From positions 15,979,874 to 16,043,873 of the forward strand of contig NC_089320.1 of the NCBI RefSeq assembly GCF_036669915.1: DNA of 64,000 nt, given 5' to 3'. Of the stretch, positions 24,181-39,100 are shown in pieces (the stretch's first letter is position 1; each line of letters begins with the position of its first letter). The notes under the pieces were generated by a model. The model did no database searches and was not told the DNA's origin. It worked only from the letters and a program-made list of their open reading frames with translations. The position numbers were made by a program, and so were the translations under genes. The DNA comes from Pocillopora verrucosa. Its lineage: Eukaryota.

Positions 24181-27100
24181 CTAAACCAACAAAACACAAG
24201 ATGATTAGTTTATTAGTTTTCTTTCCGTCCATCGCAGTTTACATCGTAAGAAAAAAAATTTGTGAAAAATAAGTTAACCGTTCGTAAGTAAATTATTTAC
24301 CAATTGTAATGGATGTGTTTCACTCCAGGATTTTCCTTGTCAGGTAGTGAAGTCTTTCCAAATTGAACAAACCTGCATAAAAACAACCCTTGATTAAGAT
24401 TTTCTTATAAATATACTGATTCAGGAATCATCACGATAACATGGATTTAAAACTCAGGAAATTAACTCAAATGGAAACACAGGTCTTATTTTCGCGCTTG
24501 TTGCAGATATTTTACAATTAATTCAAATTCTCACAGGTCATTCGCTCGACGAAGGGCGATGTTAGTTTCATAAACTCTTTACGGCAGTCAATTTCCATTT
24601 TAAACTTGATAAAACCAAATTATCTGTTAACTTAAGTACCTTTGGTAAGCCTCCATACTTCGATCCTTGGGTTCCTTCAGTCCAACACCATATATATCCT
24701 GCATAGATGGCAACAGCTCCTAACCAGAGGAAAAAAAAATTTACTAAGTGTTAGCACAGTAATTAGGTTTCCATGAGCAGTTTGTTTAACTAGATGGTTT
24801 TCTTCTTTCTTTCCTTCTTACAGTCAATCATCACCAGCAACGAATATCTAGATTCTGTTAACCTGTCAATCAATCAATCAATCAATTAATTGAAGAAGGC
24901 ACATTTTGAAATGTCAATGCTTGCGATCAACATATTTAAGAACAAAATTTCATAAACGCTGGCGCAATTTTTTTTTATTTGATGCTCGATGTTCAGTGTA
25001 TTCTGGGATCCAAAAGCCTGCACAAATTTTTCAAAGTGTGAACGCCTTGTAAAATCTCTGTAGCACACCTGAAAAGAGACAACACAAGTGCTTGTGCTGT
25101 TAATCCTCTCCAGAAGAGATATGGCTGAACTGTCATCATCTGAGCTGGAGCCGTCATCGGAGCTGTCTTCCACACTGAGCGGTTCAGGAGCAGCACCAAC
25201 CGCTCTACGAGTCGGGACAGGGCGTCGGCTATGATAAGGAAATCAATTTTTTTCATCTTCACAGTTATCATCACCATTACTAACAACGTGGTTTTAGGAG
25301 GAAGTGAAAATGTCATGTAAATAATTACACTTTTTACTTGGCTCGGATGATGACATCCACTTAGGGTATTGAGACTTCCCTCACTACTCAGACAACAGTC
25401 CTTCCAGGACTATTCTGACATTGACAATTGAAACTCCACTGAAATCATCGGAGATGTTACTTAAACTGTTCACTGCACAATAATTACATAATGGCTTAAG
25501 TTTGTAGCCTCCATTTTGGTAAACGGCCTAAAGCATTTTAGTTGAGTGTCAGAGAACCAAAACCAAAAGAATCAAAATGGCAAATCAGAACCAGGAGAAA
25601 AATCACACGGAGCCAAATAAAACTCAAAGTAAAACAAGTAAACTGTTGGAAGCGCGGGAAAACGCGAGTAACCAACCTGTAATTGGTTTAGCTATGCATC
25701 TGATTGGTTGGATAGAAAGCGCAACTTTTTCTGGATCAATCACAGAGTAGGGAGCAGTTAAGTCCAAGTATTTATTATACTTTATTTATATTTTCTCTAT
25801 TTATTTTATTCGCATTACTTTCGACATTAGATTCAATATCACTCTGAGAATTAAAACAAATTGGATGTCCGTCGAGTACTTACCCAGGTGACTTTGCAGG
25901 AGCTCTAACTACAAAGGGACTATGATTGTGAGCAGTTGGTGGCATGAAATCCCTGAAAATAAAAACAGCTCTTATTTTTGATATTGTCCATTATACATTC
26001 ACCGTTAATTTCCGATAAACTTTTTCTCAGGTTAAATATCAGGACAAGATCTAGCTTCCAAGAAGAACGACGAAGATACGCGAACACCATTCAGTATATA
26101 TTCAACCAAAGTCCAATCGAACAAAAATCTTTGTGAGGTTCCCTCTTGCTATCCCCGGAGCTCGTTACACTGCGCATTGTAGAACACAGACACACACCAA
26201 AGACCCAGTCAATTCCTTCCAAAGAGTCTCCCGAAGTTGGCGACAAATCAAGGTAATAACTAGACTTCAGGAAAAGAAGAGGCTGTAAACAATACACATA
26301 AGAATAAATTTTCCTTATTCTCAAAACCTGTTTACTTGAGATTGAACTGACACACTAATGAGATACCATACTTTGATCGCTTACCTACAAGACTTCTGCA
26401 TACGATGAGGATACACTGTCTCAAGGACGGTCAAGTTATCCGGGTGATAATACTCTGAAAACATATCTACCGATTCATGATCTGCATAGTCTGAGCACTG
26501 CCAGGGGTCTTCCCTTTGTTCCTTGTTTCCTGCGTCGTCCAGTGGCGTTTCTGCAAAATTGTTATTATAGATTTAACAATGACGTCGCAAAAGTTCAAGG
26601 GCGAAGTCGCGCGCAAGTGGAAAAAACCAACTCGTGTGCGGTAGATTCCGCGTACTGTGGCGTCCCAATTTCATCTCTAGTTGTATTATTGTCCTTCGCC
26701 ATGATTCTTTGGGGTGTCACGCAGCACTGCGTTACATCCCAACGCGCGAGTGACAAGAAGACGACAGTTTTCTTTTGCAAATCTTCGACTATATTTGCGC
26801 ATCAAATAATTCAGCTTATTTTCTTCAATGATAATTAAAAGAAACCCGTACGTGTACATAACAGAGTCGTTTGACACTATCTCGCAGTTGTACCAAGGAA
26901 GTTATGAAATAGCATGATACCGCCCTCTTGAATCACTGTGAGGAAAAGTTCCAATGAATTCAAATCAAGGAATGGAAAGGTTGAGATTAAAACATGGTAG
27001 TATTTAACTTGACTAATATAATACATTTAATGTCTCACTGTAGTACGATAAAAGTATACAAACCATCAGGGGTGGGGTGGGGCAAAGAGTTGACCACAGC

Positions 27101-30100
27101 CTGATCCCACCACTTGGTATAACTGCAGAGACGAAAACGCGAAGAAAAAAAACAACAACAAAATTAACAGAACGCAAAGCAACGAAACAAAAAAGGCAAA
27201 ACAAAACAAAACAGATGAGCAAAAACAACGCTATTATTTTGATCTAACGACTCTTAATCAGAAAATCAGAATACGCTTTAAGCTCTATCACCTTTTTCTG
27301 TTCTTGGACGCTCTCAAGTCCCATGTTGTGTTGTGGTGCAAATAATAATCACTAGGCAGTTCCCAAATTTTGTGTTTTTCCTGTCGCGGTGAAAATATCC
27401 CAAGGAACAGATTCATGGCTTGTTGCTTGTCAGCATCTGCAAAGGGCCAGCAAAGAGACAAATAGAAAATAATGCGCTGATGTTATTAAAAAAAACAAGC
27501 AGAGGGTTGTGGGTAGGGGGAGGGCACAGCTGAAATTTCGAAGAAACGCCATATTGGTAAAAGGGCCATTTTGTTGCATTAGTCTACTTGAACTACACGC
27601 TGTAATTGCTTCAGAAATTTGTACAATTTTCTCGACCAATCAGATACAAAACAAAACCAATGACGACTGGGTCACTCGCGTTTTCCCGCGCTTCAAGCAG
27701 TTTAATATATACATTTAGCCAAGCCTAAAATCGGAGCTCGCATTTTTTTTTTCCCGCACGTCTCAAGGGCACAACGCCTTCCCCCGGCCAGGACTAGAAC
27801 CCGGGTCGTCTGACTCGGAGCCCAGTGCACTGACCACTGGACTACTGAACAATGCCGTGGCGTTGGCATACCCGCTGTACAGTTGACCACGCATGTTAAA
27901 AGTAGCACCTTGTAGGGTCGTACATCCAAATTTTTTTGGCTTCATGGGTTACTGCTATCTTGTATAATTATGGGGCTACGTTCTGCGAGCTCCGCTATAA
28001 TTTGAATCCCATTCCCTTCCAGTAATAAATCCTTTCCTTTAATTGGCCGTTGTGATTACTCAAACGAAACGCGCTCCATGAAGAGACCCATGCTAAGATG
28101 ACAGGGAAAAAAATATAGCGATAAACAACTTGGATGCAAATTAGAGTTCTCTTACCCGTGAATGCGTTGCTGTAATAGCGAGATACTGTCTGCATTATAT
28201 CCCTTGAGTGAGAAGTGAACGGCGACACCTTACGATACGTGCGAATTCTGAGAAGACAAGGACCGTGGGATAAGGAAAAACACATCGCTAAATGGAGAGA
28301 ATTCAGGTACCAATTGCAGCGTCAATCTCACTATATTTATTGGTCTACTGGATTGACGTGCATTGCTATCAATGGTGTATACGATTTCTCTTGCTCATAT
28401 TACAAATGCCTCACCCGTGCACAAGCTGGGATCCTCCATACTGTAAAGCAAGAGTATCGCCATGAGCTTCGTAAAGATCTTCCAAAATCCTGAAAAAACA
28501 AGGCAAAATACTTCAATACAACGGTTACAAATAGTTTACATTTCAGGACCAGAGTGGCCTGCCGAACAGGCCTATTCAAGATAATTTTAGAGAGATAAAA
28601 CAACTATGAACAATTATAGTAAAACTTCCTTTGATAGGTCACTCGTCGACCAAGTAGAAAGCAATTCTTGGACCCTCTGTTAATTTGATAGTATACCTCA
28701 TTATACTCCTGGCCCCGGTTGATCGGTTGGTCGGTTAACGCTATCCACAGGATAAATCTCTATCCTGTGTATAACGCTATACGTTTTGCTATCACTTATC
28801 CGCTGGATGGCGATTTATCCGTTGGGTAGCTTTATCCACCTTTTATACAACTGGGCCCTGGATGGAGGGGGAGGGGGGACTAAGAAGGGTTCGGTGTATT
28901 GCCCAAAAACAAGCGTGCTAAGAATTGAGCCAGCACGTTTTCCTCAACAAGTACTTAACCCTCTAACTCCCAAGATCTCATTAGCAATTCTCCTAACTGT
29001 CTACCATGCAGTTCTTGTGATGTTAGTTTGGAGAATTTGATATTGGATCAACTTATAATCTCCTAACTGATATTTTTCTTTATTCCCATCACTTGTCTAC
29101 TTGATATTGTATTGATATCGTTAAGAGAAATTCTGTCTTGATCACTTATGGGAGTTAAAGGGTGAAATAAGCAGTAATTTCAGAGTGTATTTTATTCCAC
29201 AGTGCTTTAAACAAGGCGGAAATGATCAAACATACCTCACAGCATCGGAGTCAAACTGAAGAAACGGTTTGTCAATCACTCCTAACGCATGCAACTGGAA
29301 AGAAAAGCAGCGGATATTATAGCGTATAGTAACCGTGTGATAGCAGGTAATCTTAGCTACAGGGATGTAGGCTGTTAATCAAGATCTAAATACAAATTAT
29401 TGGGTCCCTAGAGCTCAGTGTACTCATTAAAATCTAACAATCTGTGACTGACGAATTAACGATCACTACCGACAACATCAACTCATTCCCCGACACATTA
29501 ACGACGCGTTCACAGACACACTGCCAAATGCGCCTCTAAACACAGTGTGTCCGTGAACGTGTGAACATTTTGCAGAGAAATTACGTAAACGCTTTGTCAA
29601 CGTTTTAGTGGTGTATCTGTGAACGTGGTAGCAGTTTGTAGGTGAACACCGCCCACACACTGTTTCAACTTTTGAAATTTCATCACAATATAATATACTC
29701 ACCTGAAAACCAAGAGCACATTTACCGACCATAAACTGTGCAGTGTTTGTTCTGTCCAGACAATCTACGCAGTTTGTCCGGAGTACACCATTCTTAGGAT
29801 GAGAAAAAAAATCACGCTGTAAGCAGACTTTGGTGACATGATATTTTGGCATTTAAAAAAAGGAAACTGTACATTGTCATTTCTTAGTTTATCATGACGT
29901 GCAAACGTAAGTACGCTTTAGCTTGAGATAGATTAGAAAATTTGTATCCCAAGTGACGTTTTCAAGACAATGTAAACTGCAAGTAACACTACTAGAAACA
30001 ATAACAAAACAGGGTGCACACTGGCAACTAATTAATAGAATATATCCAAAGAGTTGAACTAAAGAAAAATGAGACTAAATTCATTTATCGACAAGATGAA

Positions 30101-33100
30101 CTAATCACAAAGGCAATAATGCACAAAAGTACAATGTGGATGTTATTGGGAGGAAAGAAGCCAACTGCCTTAAAGTAACACTTTGGTCTCTAAGAGTTAC
30201 TAGCATCTAATTTCTCTTTACAATATCACCCCTGAATCATGCTCACATTAAGGTCACGAGAATAAAGGAAATGATCAGTTCTGGATTGTTAAACATATGT
30301 TCTACTCGCCAGCACCATAGGAAATTTCGTGAGAAAATTACTAAGAAAAATGGCTACTGATGTTAGTGTGTAAACGGTTAGGATTGGTTTAATGATGCAT
30401 TTGATTTGTTGAAAAGCTTGTGCAAATGTTCCAGTACAAAAACGAAGAAGATTTCGGCAAAGCCAATGGATCCGAAGTTCTTATTTCTTACGACGATCTT
30501 GAAAACTGCTATATGTTTTGGAAGCGGAATAAAACTGAGTAAATGAGCTTAGACAAGAATACTGAAAAAAAAAGTCTGATCAAGGTTTGGGTAATTTTTG
30601 GATATGTAAAATTCAACTCTGTAAGAAGCACGCACAATGAGTAACGTAATTAAACAAGTAATACCAACACTAATTATAGATAGCCAAAGCAAATGACAAT
30701 TATAAACTATACCTGTTCCCTTCCCAGACAATCGTCAGAGTATCCAGTGCCACACATACCGTTAAACCTAGAACAAAGTACTGTCATCTTCAAAAATTTC
30801 CACAAAAGGAACGTTTAAACTGAAGCTTTGACTCTTTGACCTAAGATAGAATACTTTGGGCATGTGGCTATTCTGAAAAATCTTAAAAGTGGGCCAGGGT
30901 CTGTCCGTCTATCTGTACGTCTGCTGGCCTGCTTATCTATCTGTCTGTTTGTCTGTTTATCTATCTAACCGTCTGTCGGTCTGTTTGTCTGTTTATCTAT
31001 CTATCTATCTATCTATCTATCTGTCTTTCTGTCTGTCTGTCTGTCTATCTGTCTATCTATCTGTCTGTCTGTCTAGAAGACTCATACCTTGAATCTTTTC
31101 TTATCTGATTGCAATACAATTCCTGTCCACTGTGGAAAAAGCCAGTGGATTTGAAAACCTGAAACAGTTTTACTCATAGTTAGGAAGAACAAAAGGAGGC
31201 ATTTAACGTTATCACTCATTCAGTCAGAATTCAAATAGAACATACAATTGATGAATAAGGCATTAATAATAAACTGTAGCGGAGGAGAGGAAAACGCATA
31301 CAGACTGAAATACAGTCAAAGGAATGGAGTGGAAAAGATATGGTTGGTTATTTAACTTAATAGCCTTAAGTGGCCTCTCGCGCGAGGAGGCATGATGACA
31401 AGTCAACCACTAAACTTAAGAAGTCAATAGTGCTTTATTATTATTATTATTATTATTTTAACACAAACCTCATCAGCTATGACAGTCAATTTCTCCATGA
31501 CATTACAGTCTTTACTGTAAAAGAAAAACACAGCAATTATTTGATTCAGCAACTTGATAAGCTCAAATTTAGCAGAAATGAGTAGGCATGTAGTAATCAC
31601 ACAAGGTGCAACAATATTGTGACTTGTCGGGTATTTTTGGTGGTATCTGTGACTTGGGGTTGCTAAAAGTTACTGCGAGAGACTGAAAAAACATAACTTT
31701 AACAACAACATCCACAACATCTTTACGGTCCACAAGCTCTTTGCGGTGGCCATTTTACGTTATCAACCCACTTGATACTATCAAATTACCCTGTTATACT
31801 CTCCACCGACGCGTCACCTCAGTTTCTTGAGAAACTTAACTCCTTTATTTTTAAGTAAATTCAATGTTTATAGCAGAGGTACAGTACGGCCAACATACAT
31901 ACAGACTATACACTAGACAGCGACTCTTAATCGAGAGACAAACGAGTAAACATTTGTCCATCATTATCACCAAACACACATTTTACAACAAAACTCCCTC
32001 CTTGAACCAACCTCTTATTGTATCGCGCCATGTCCCACGCTTTATATATTATGGCATGTTGTAATGGCAAAAACTGGTTCAAATACGTCACTGCTCTTTC
32101 CAATTCCTCACTGAGAATCTGTTCGTGTCGCTTCCTTTCCCTCTTCTATAAAATAAGAAGTATACATAGGTTATATGTTGGAAAGAGACCTCTAACAGTT
32201 CACGAACAAGAGAAAAACGGATGCTTATTTGATATGAATTGCTTTTTCGGGAAAATCGAAAGCTCGTAAAATCAGGGATTTAAGTATAGCGTCCTTTACA
32301 TATAGGTATTTTGCGGACTTTCCAACACTATTTACTCTTGCTCGGGAAAGGGTGCTTCTTGCAATGTGGGTGCTTTTTCGAGGAAATGCAGTTACGTGTT
32401 GTGCAGACTTTCCAACACTTAAGACGTAGAAAGTATATAACCCACCTTTACAAGATTAAGAATGACCACAGGAGAACCAAACCGTCTAAGAAGTTGGTTA
32501 AAATGTTGCCCAGCGGCCGAGCAGAATGGATCTGCACGATCAACTTAAAATAAAACAGCACACATTATGTTAGACAAGTGAAACTCTAATCCCGAATATA
32601 ACTGAACAATGAAAAAGAACAATCATCACAAATCACAACTGCTTGAACACAGACATGAAGCATGCACGGTTTCATATAACTCATTCAAACGGTCAGTTAC
32701 AATGAGGCTTTAAGGTCTTACAACCCTTCCACTCTATGGTCACTCATGGGGGTTAAAGAGCTAGCAAACTGCACAACTTCTAATTGGCTTTCTATCACAG
32801 ACCTTTTGAACCATAAACCAACATTTTTCCTACAAATACAAAATCAACATAGCGATGATTTTTGAACAAAGTATCTCTCAAAAACAGCAGGATCAACATC
32901 ATAGAGCAATTGCAAAAAGACCCAAATCTTACTGTGATTTTCACCAGAATCACTGACAACTAATTTAGATAATTACTACACAAGTACTGTGTACAAGTGA
33001 AAATAAAGGTCATGTACTTGATTGTTACCCACCTATTATTTGTGGCTTAGGCACCATTACTTGTCTTACATCCTGAAAAAATAAATTCTCTCTCAATTAG

Positions 33101-36100
33101 AGAAGATGTTCAACAGACATGGTCAATCTTGACCCTTTCACTCCCAAGATCTCATCAGCAGTTCTCCTTGGTATCTGCCATACATTTCTTATAATGTTAG
33201 TTCAGAGAATTTGAAATTGGATCCACTTATAATCCTCTAATTGATATTTTTCTTCATATGAATCACTCGTCTGGTTGATATTGTATTAACATTGTTAGGA
33301 GAAATTCTCTTTTGATCAATTGTGGGAATTTAAGGGTTAAATGGCACAAAAAAGATCATTTGAAATGGCCCAAAAATTAGGAACAAGAGTTGAATGGTGG
33401 TGAAGCAAAATATATCATTGTACCTGTGACCAAAAAGATGGAACGGATCCTCTGAGCTGAACATAAGATGTAAATCTTCCACTCTTGAATGACAAAACAG
33501 AGGCATCGTGAACAATTTGTTCTGTTTCAACCTCATTGGCTACATTTCCCTAAAAGAACAAAAAAAAAACAATCAACTGTAAATCTTGAGGGCTGTGAGG
33601 GTGAAGTCTCAATTTTTTATGAGATAAATTTCATTTAAACTGTGGATTGAAAAAAATCTGACCAGGAAAGTAATGCTCCTCGCAGGTGAGCTGAAATTTA
33701 ATAAGTAATTGTAGAATAGAAGCCTGAAAACTTTAGGATTTGATGAGAAGTAATAATGCCAAGGGTCTTGCCCAGGAACACAATGCAACCACCCTGACCA
33801 GCCCTAAGCATGGAACTTTTTGAGTCAACCATATCAGCAATAGGACCACTACTTCCCTTGACTCCATTAACAAAAATCTTTCTAAAATAGTGAGAAGGTG
33901 TTCAAGCATTGAACAGTTTTTTGGTACCAACCTCATCATTAGCTCCTCTCTTTAAAAACCTAGTTCCAGCAAATTCTTTTGACCTTCGAGCAATCAGTGT
34001 AACATATATGGGCCGACCATACACACAAATATCTGAAGTATTATGTATCACAAGTTAAAGGTGCATCAACAGATTTTGTAGTTTTTCACTCATATTTATG
34101 TTTCTAACAGCAATACATCAATTTTGTTGTTGAAATGATGGACAGGGCAAACCACACTGAAAACATCATCAAACAAAAGAGATATTTCCTGACTCACTTG
34201 AGCTGATCCTTTCCAAATTTAGAACATTAGCTTACTTCTTTAACATACCCTTCCTTTTGGCCCAATGTAAGAATACAACATTTTTTTAAAAAAAAACTAC
34301 ATCTGAGTTAATTTTATGCCATCCAACATAACTTTATCACACTGAGTGTATATATATATATATATATGTATATTTTCCTGTTTTTTAAACAATGTTTGGA
34401 TTTCACCTGAAGATTTTCGGTAGTTGTTGGTGTTTGAGACAGCAGGGTTGTGGCAACAAAAACACTAAATACCTAAGCTGTCAAGATCAAGGCTTTGTCA
34501 GGGTCTTAAAGTTAGCAAACTTTTTAAAGGTTTTTTCACTTTCTCTAATTTGGACAACTGATCAAAGACTAATGATTTGATCTACAAGCCTAAAGTTTAA
34601 AAAGATAAAATCCCTTACCCAGGCCAAATCTGCTATCTTTAAAGCCTATTCACCTTACTCTTACATTCTTCCAGCAGCTCTAACTGCAAGAGTAGAAGAC
34701 ATTTTGTGTTCAAACTGTGGATGAAAAGCTCGCTAATATGCTGTTCCTTCCTTCATGTGTACATCTGATTCAATAATTATCTTCAATATCTGAACATCTG
34801 ATATTTCTCCAAAATTATTGATAATAAATGAAAGGATACCAGATTGTCCAACAAAGCCATTCACAATGTGCAGAATCCAGTCAGAGTGGACAGCTCCTTC
34901 AAAACCTTTCAGCAGATATCTGTTCCACACAAACTTGCTACATGATTTGCTCTTGCTCAAAAAAGGCCTCTCTCTTTTTTGCCTCAATTTCTCACAGTCA
35001 GGGCAAAAGGGAACTTTTCTTTCATCTTTACTGACACAAGAGTCCCTTGCCAGCTCTTGTTTCTGTGTAGAATCAGTTGCTTGTCCTGGTTTCTTTGGTG
35101 ATGACTGAATCTCTTTTGATGATGAAGCAACAACATGATCAGCAGAAAAATCTTGTTTTGTGGTACCAACTTCTGTTATTTCACTCCTCTGATCACATGC
35201 ACTGGATATCACAGTATCTGAAGTTTCAAAATTTCCACTTTGCTCAGTGATCCCATCATTATTTTGAATTTGCACATCACTTGCACCTTTGTCACTTGCT
35301 AGTTCACCAGTTTCTTTACTCCCGCCCAGAGCTTGATCATGTGTTCCATTTTCATTGGCATTCTGAGGATCAGATTTATCTTTTGTGCCCTCTGGCACAG
35401 CTAACAAAGCACATGCATCTTGTGTTGTTTCTTTGTCTAAGTGAGTGCATAGTCCCCAAGCCTGCCATGAATGTGCAGTACTAGAGTAAGCTGGGGGATT
35501 AATGATGGGAGCCATTTGACGCTGGAGGTTATGAGTCAAATCATAACTGTAGCTATAACACAATAAAGAGCAAAAGTTGGAACCAATTGACCACTCAATA
35601 AGACAAACTTGCAGGAAAAGATCAAAGACAACGTTAGGTCAGATCGTTAATCATGAAAAGCATAGTTGATGGTTGTGCATGCAGATGCCTTTAAGAAATA
35701 GAAAAAGTTGTTACAAAATGTAATGGCTGCTTAGAAGAATGTGTATATTTATTTGTTGAGTTCAATTTTTTCCTTGGTTTTAGATTTTTTATTCTAGGCT
35801 ATTTTTTTTTTTTTGGGTTTAGTAATATTTAAAACAGGAACAAAATTGAACCCCGACATGTACATTCCTCTGTAGATTTAAACCTGCTTATGACTGTATT
35901 CATGTTATTATAATAATAACATATAAAACTCAATACAGAAACAGTGGTCTCTTTTGTCTTGATTACTTTGGCAAAATACAAACTTACAAAGAGAATAAGA
36001 GCTTTACATACCTAAAATAAAAGTTACTAGAGAGATCAACATTCTGAAAGATCTTGACATATCTGAAGAAAGAGAATGTACTCATTGAATATTTTCAAGA

Positions 36101-39100
36101 ATTACTCATATCATAATACTGCCACTGGCCTGCTTGTAAAGGAAATAGAAAAAAACATGTTTTCATGTTTTTGCAGTAACAACATTTACTTGCTCTCATC
36201 AGGGTGCTGGAACTTCTGTCTGACGAGTTCATTTGCTATTGGAATTAACTTTGTATCTTCAATTTTATAGATGCTGTGTCCTCCAATCTCAGCCTGCCTG
36301 TAAAATGTAATATTTCATATTCTTTTAAAAAGTTAAGTTAAATCAAAAAAGCATTTCTGGGTTAAGCCAAAATTCAGTAAAACAATCATGACAACACCTC
36401 ATATTTCTCTTTAACCTAACTTTTTCATGCACAACTGAGCTCTTTAAACAGTTTACTGTAATTTTTGCAAAACAAAATGAAAATCTGTAAGTTGAGAAAT
36501 GAAAATCTGTAATTTGCAAAATGTAAATCTGTACTTTGTGAAACGAGAATCCCCATGGAAAAACCCACCAGCCATAAGGTTAAATTTGTCAGTTGACCAT
36601 AAGTGTGTATTGCTTATGCAAACTCGCGAAGGTGAAAAATGTAAAATCTCTTGAATGTCGTTTGCAAAATCTTCCTTAAGTTTGGGAATGAATCAGTGCA
36701 TTGGCTAAGAAGAATTGCGCCAATAAGCCATCAAAATGAAAATCTCTAATTTGAAAAATGACCAGACATACACTTAGAAGATGTTGCTGCCAAAGGTGTA
36801 TGCAGCACGTTTCTAAATGAAATATCATGTTTGGTGGGTAAATGAAACTGACTCAAGCTCTTTGATATTCTTAAGCTTCAAGAATTTTTATGATTTGATT
36901 TGCATACCAAAACATTTTAATGGAATAATAATTGAGTATTGCAGTTTTTAACCTTGATATTGGTCACAAAGACTGGTGTGACCTTTTGACACAGAGAAAC
37001 TGAAACTCAAGCTAACTTTACCTCAAGTGAACTTGAGTAAATTTGCCTCCAAAATATACCATCAAAATGAGCTTGAGGAAAACAGTCAGTGAAACAGGCA
37101 TTCTCTTTTCACATTTCACATTTCCTTTTTCAAATTACAGATCTTCATTTCCTTTCATTTTGCAAATTACAGTCAAGCCCTTTATCCCTTAGAGTGACAA
37201 GCATCAAATTCTCTTTCCAGTAATATTGCCTAACCATTCATTATGATGATGAAAACTTTGATTGTTAAACAAATTCTCCTTGTCAGTACCAAAGGAAATC
37301 CATACAAAAGAGTATGGAGAATATCGATATTAATGTAAGGGTGTAAAAGGTTAACAAGTAAACTTACTTCCTTCTCTCTGTGATCAATATGATATAATAC
37401 CCCTCAAGAAATCTCACAAATCCTGCAAAGAATATCCACTTCACATAAGTTTAAGGAGAAATACTGAACTGTACAGTGCAATAGTCTGTTCTCAAACCTA
37501 GTGGCCCAAACAATCCTGGAGCTGCAGTTAATATCAATTCTGCTCTGTTTTCCTTACAATAAATACATTTTCAGACTCCTAGTGTGAGATTATAGTAGGT
37601 TGCCCAAGAACACTTCACAAAGACTAATTTATTTTAACTAAGACAGTCTGTACCAAGTACAGAGTTGTTCAAGACTTATTCATTATTCTAGGACTCTCTC
37701 TGTCATGCCTGGTATAACAACTCTCATCTATTATATTGGGTCTTTCCCTCCCTGGGTCAGACAAGAAGAAATTTCTTCCAATCTTACTAATACAAGAAGA
37801 GAGGTCAAGAACAGAGGTAAGGGATCAAATGGGAGTTCTTGTTTGTTTGATCTAAAGACAAATATCAAATGGAAGTTCTTGTTTGTTTGATCTCATGACA
37901 AATTCTCAGAACTTAAATTGGAAGAAATGTTTAATAGATAGAGAAGAGAATTAATATTGAGATCTAAGGGATTTAGAGGTGAAAGAGTTGAGAGAAAAAT
38001 AATCTTGCAAGATTAAGACTCACCTACAATACCATAAGCAGATATACTCCTGTGTAGACCTTTATTTGAACTCTCATGTGGTTTGTTTTTATTTGGCAAA
38101 TTGCCAGCATTGATCATGGACAACAAATCCTTGATCTGCCTTTGATTGTACTCAACCTAACAAGAAAAATAAAATAAAATAAAATCATGACGCAGTTTAA
38201 GACAAAATCCATTCAGCTCCAATATCTAAGAGGGAACCTGTCATTAATTATTATATGTCCACTTCATACAGCCATTTCTTGTTCAAACAGGACATTTGAA
38301 TTGGACTTGAACATTTTAATTACTACAAATGTAGACCATGTACAGCAGTGACAGTGTCAAGGTTCCAACTTGACAACATAATCACTGCACATTATATGAA
38401 AAGCTGAATTGCACATACATTTTTGATTGGTTCTTGTTCATGATCTACTGAAATGGCATCACCATCCATAACATTTTGCTTTTTTACCATACAAAATAGA
38501 CTCCATGTTGCCGTGGGTTAGTACAATAATAGATCAAAGAAGACTAATGAATGAGGTTAAGGAAAATCAGAGACGCACTCGGCTCATCTGCCTTCTATTT
38601 CTGAACAGATGCACAGCAACATACAATCTATTTGTTTAAGTAGACTAAGCACAACAAAAGCAATGTTTAGGTTCCAACTACTAACAAGATAATCATTGCA
38701 CTTGAAGACCTTGCAAAGCAACAGCAGTTTTTTGGGTTCAACCACCAACATCATGATCATAGCTACACATAGCAGTAGTGGTTTTTCAAATTCTAGTCAT
38801 CCACATAACAAACACTACACTTTTAGACCATGTTCCACAGAGGAAGTGTTTAGGTTCAAAAAATCAACATAACAATTATCATAATGATTTCCTTTCAAAA
38901 AAAAAAATCCAAAACATACTCATGAGCAAAAACCAAGTGCAAATTTTTTGAATTAGAACACAAAATATTTGATGAATTTTAATTTGACCCATGAACATCT
39001 ACATTTGTTGTGATTTGCAGTTCTGTCCAATCCATGATGGGTGAACTGTCCTTTCAAATCAGTCTGTTTGAAACCAATCACATTTGAGACTTGTGTTCTT

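Noticed and set aside
27742-27860. Possible tRNA gene (clear A and B boxes)
   Set aside because: There is no 7-bp acceptor stem or anticodon arm. It is followed by a non-tRNA body and an A-tail, so I call it a tRNA-derived SINE.
30889-31092. 67-aa [29 protein letters not shown]...
   Set aside because: It is a translation of the (TCTG/TCTA)n microsatellite inside a FIG4 intron.
34818-35484. Plus-strand ORFs (34818..35108, 34828..35034, 35281..35484) and minus-strand ORF 34984..35169
   Set aside because: They are antisense or out of frame relative to the well-supported FIG4 exon 7, and have no independent support.
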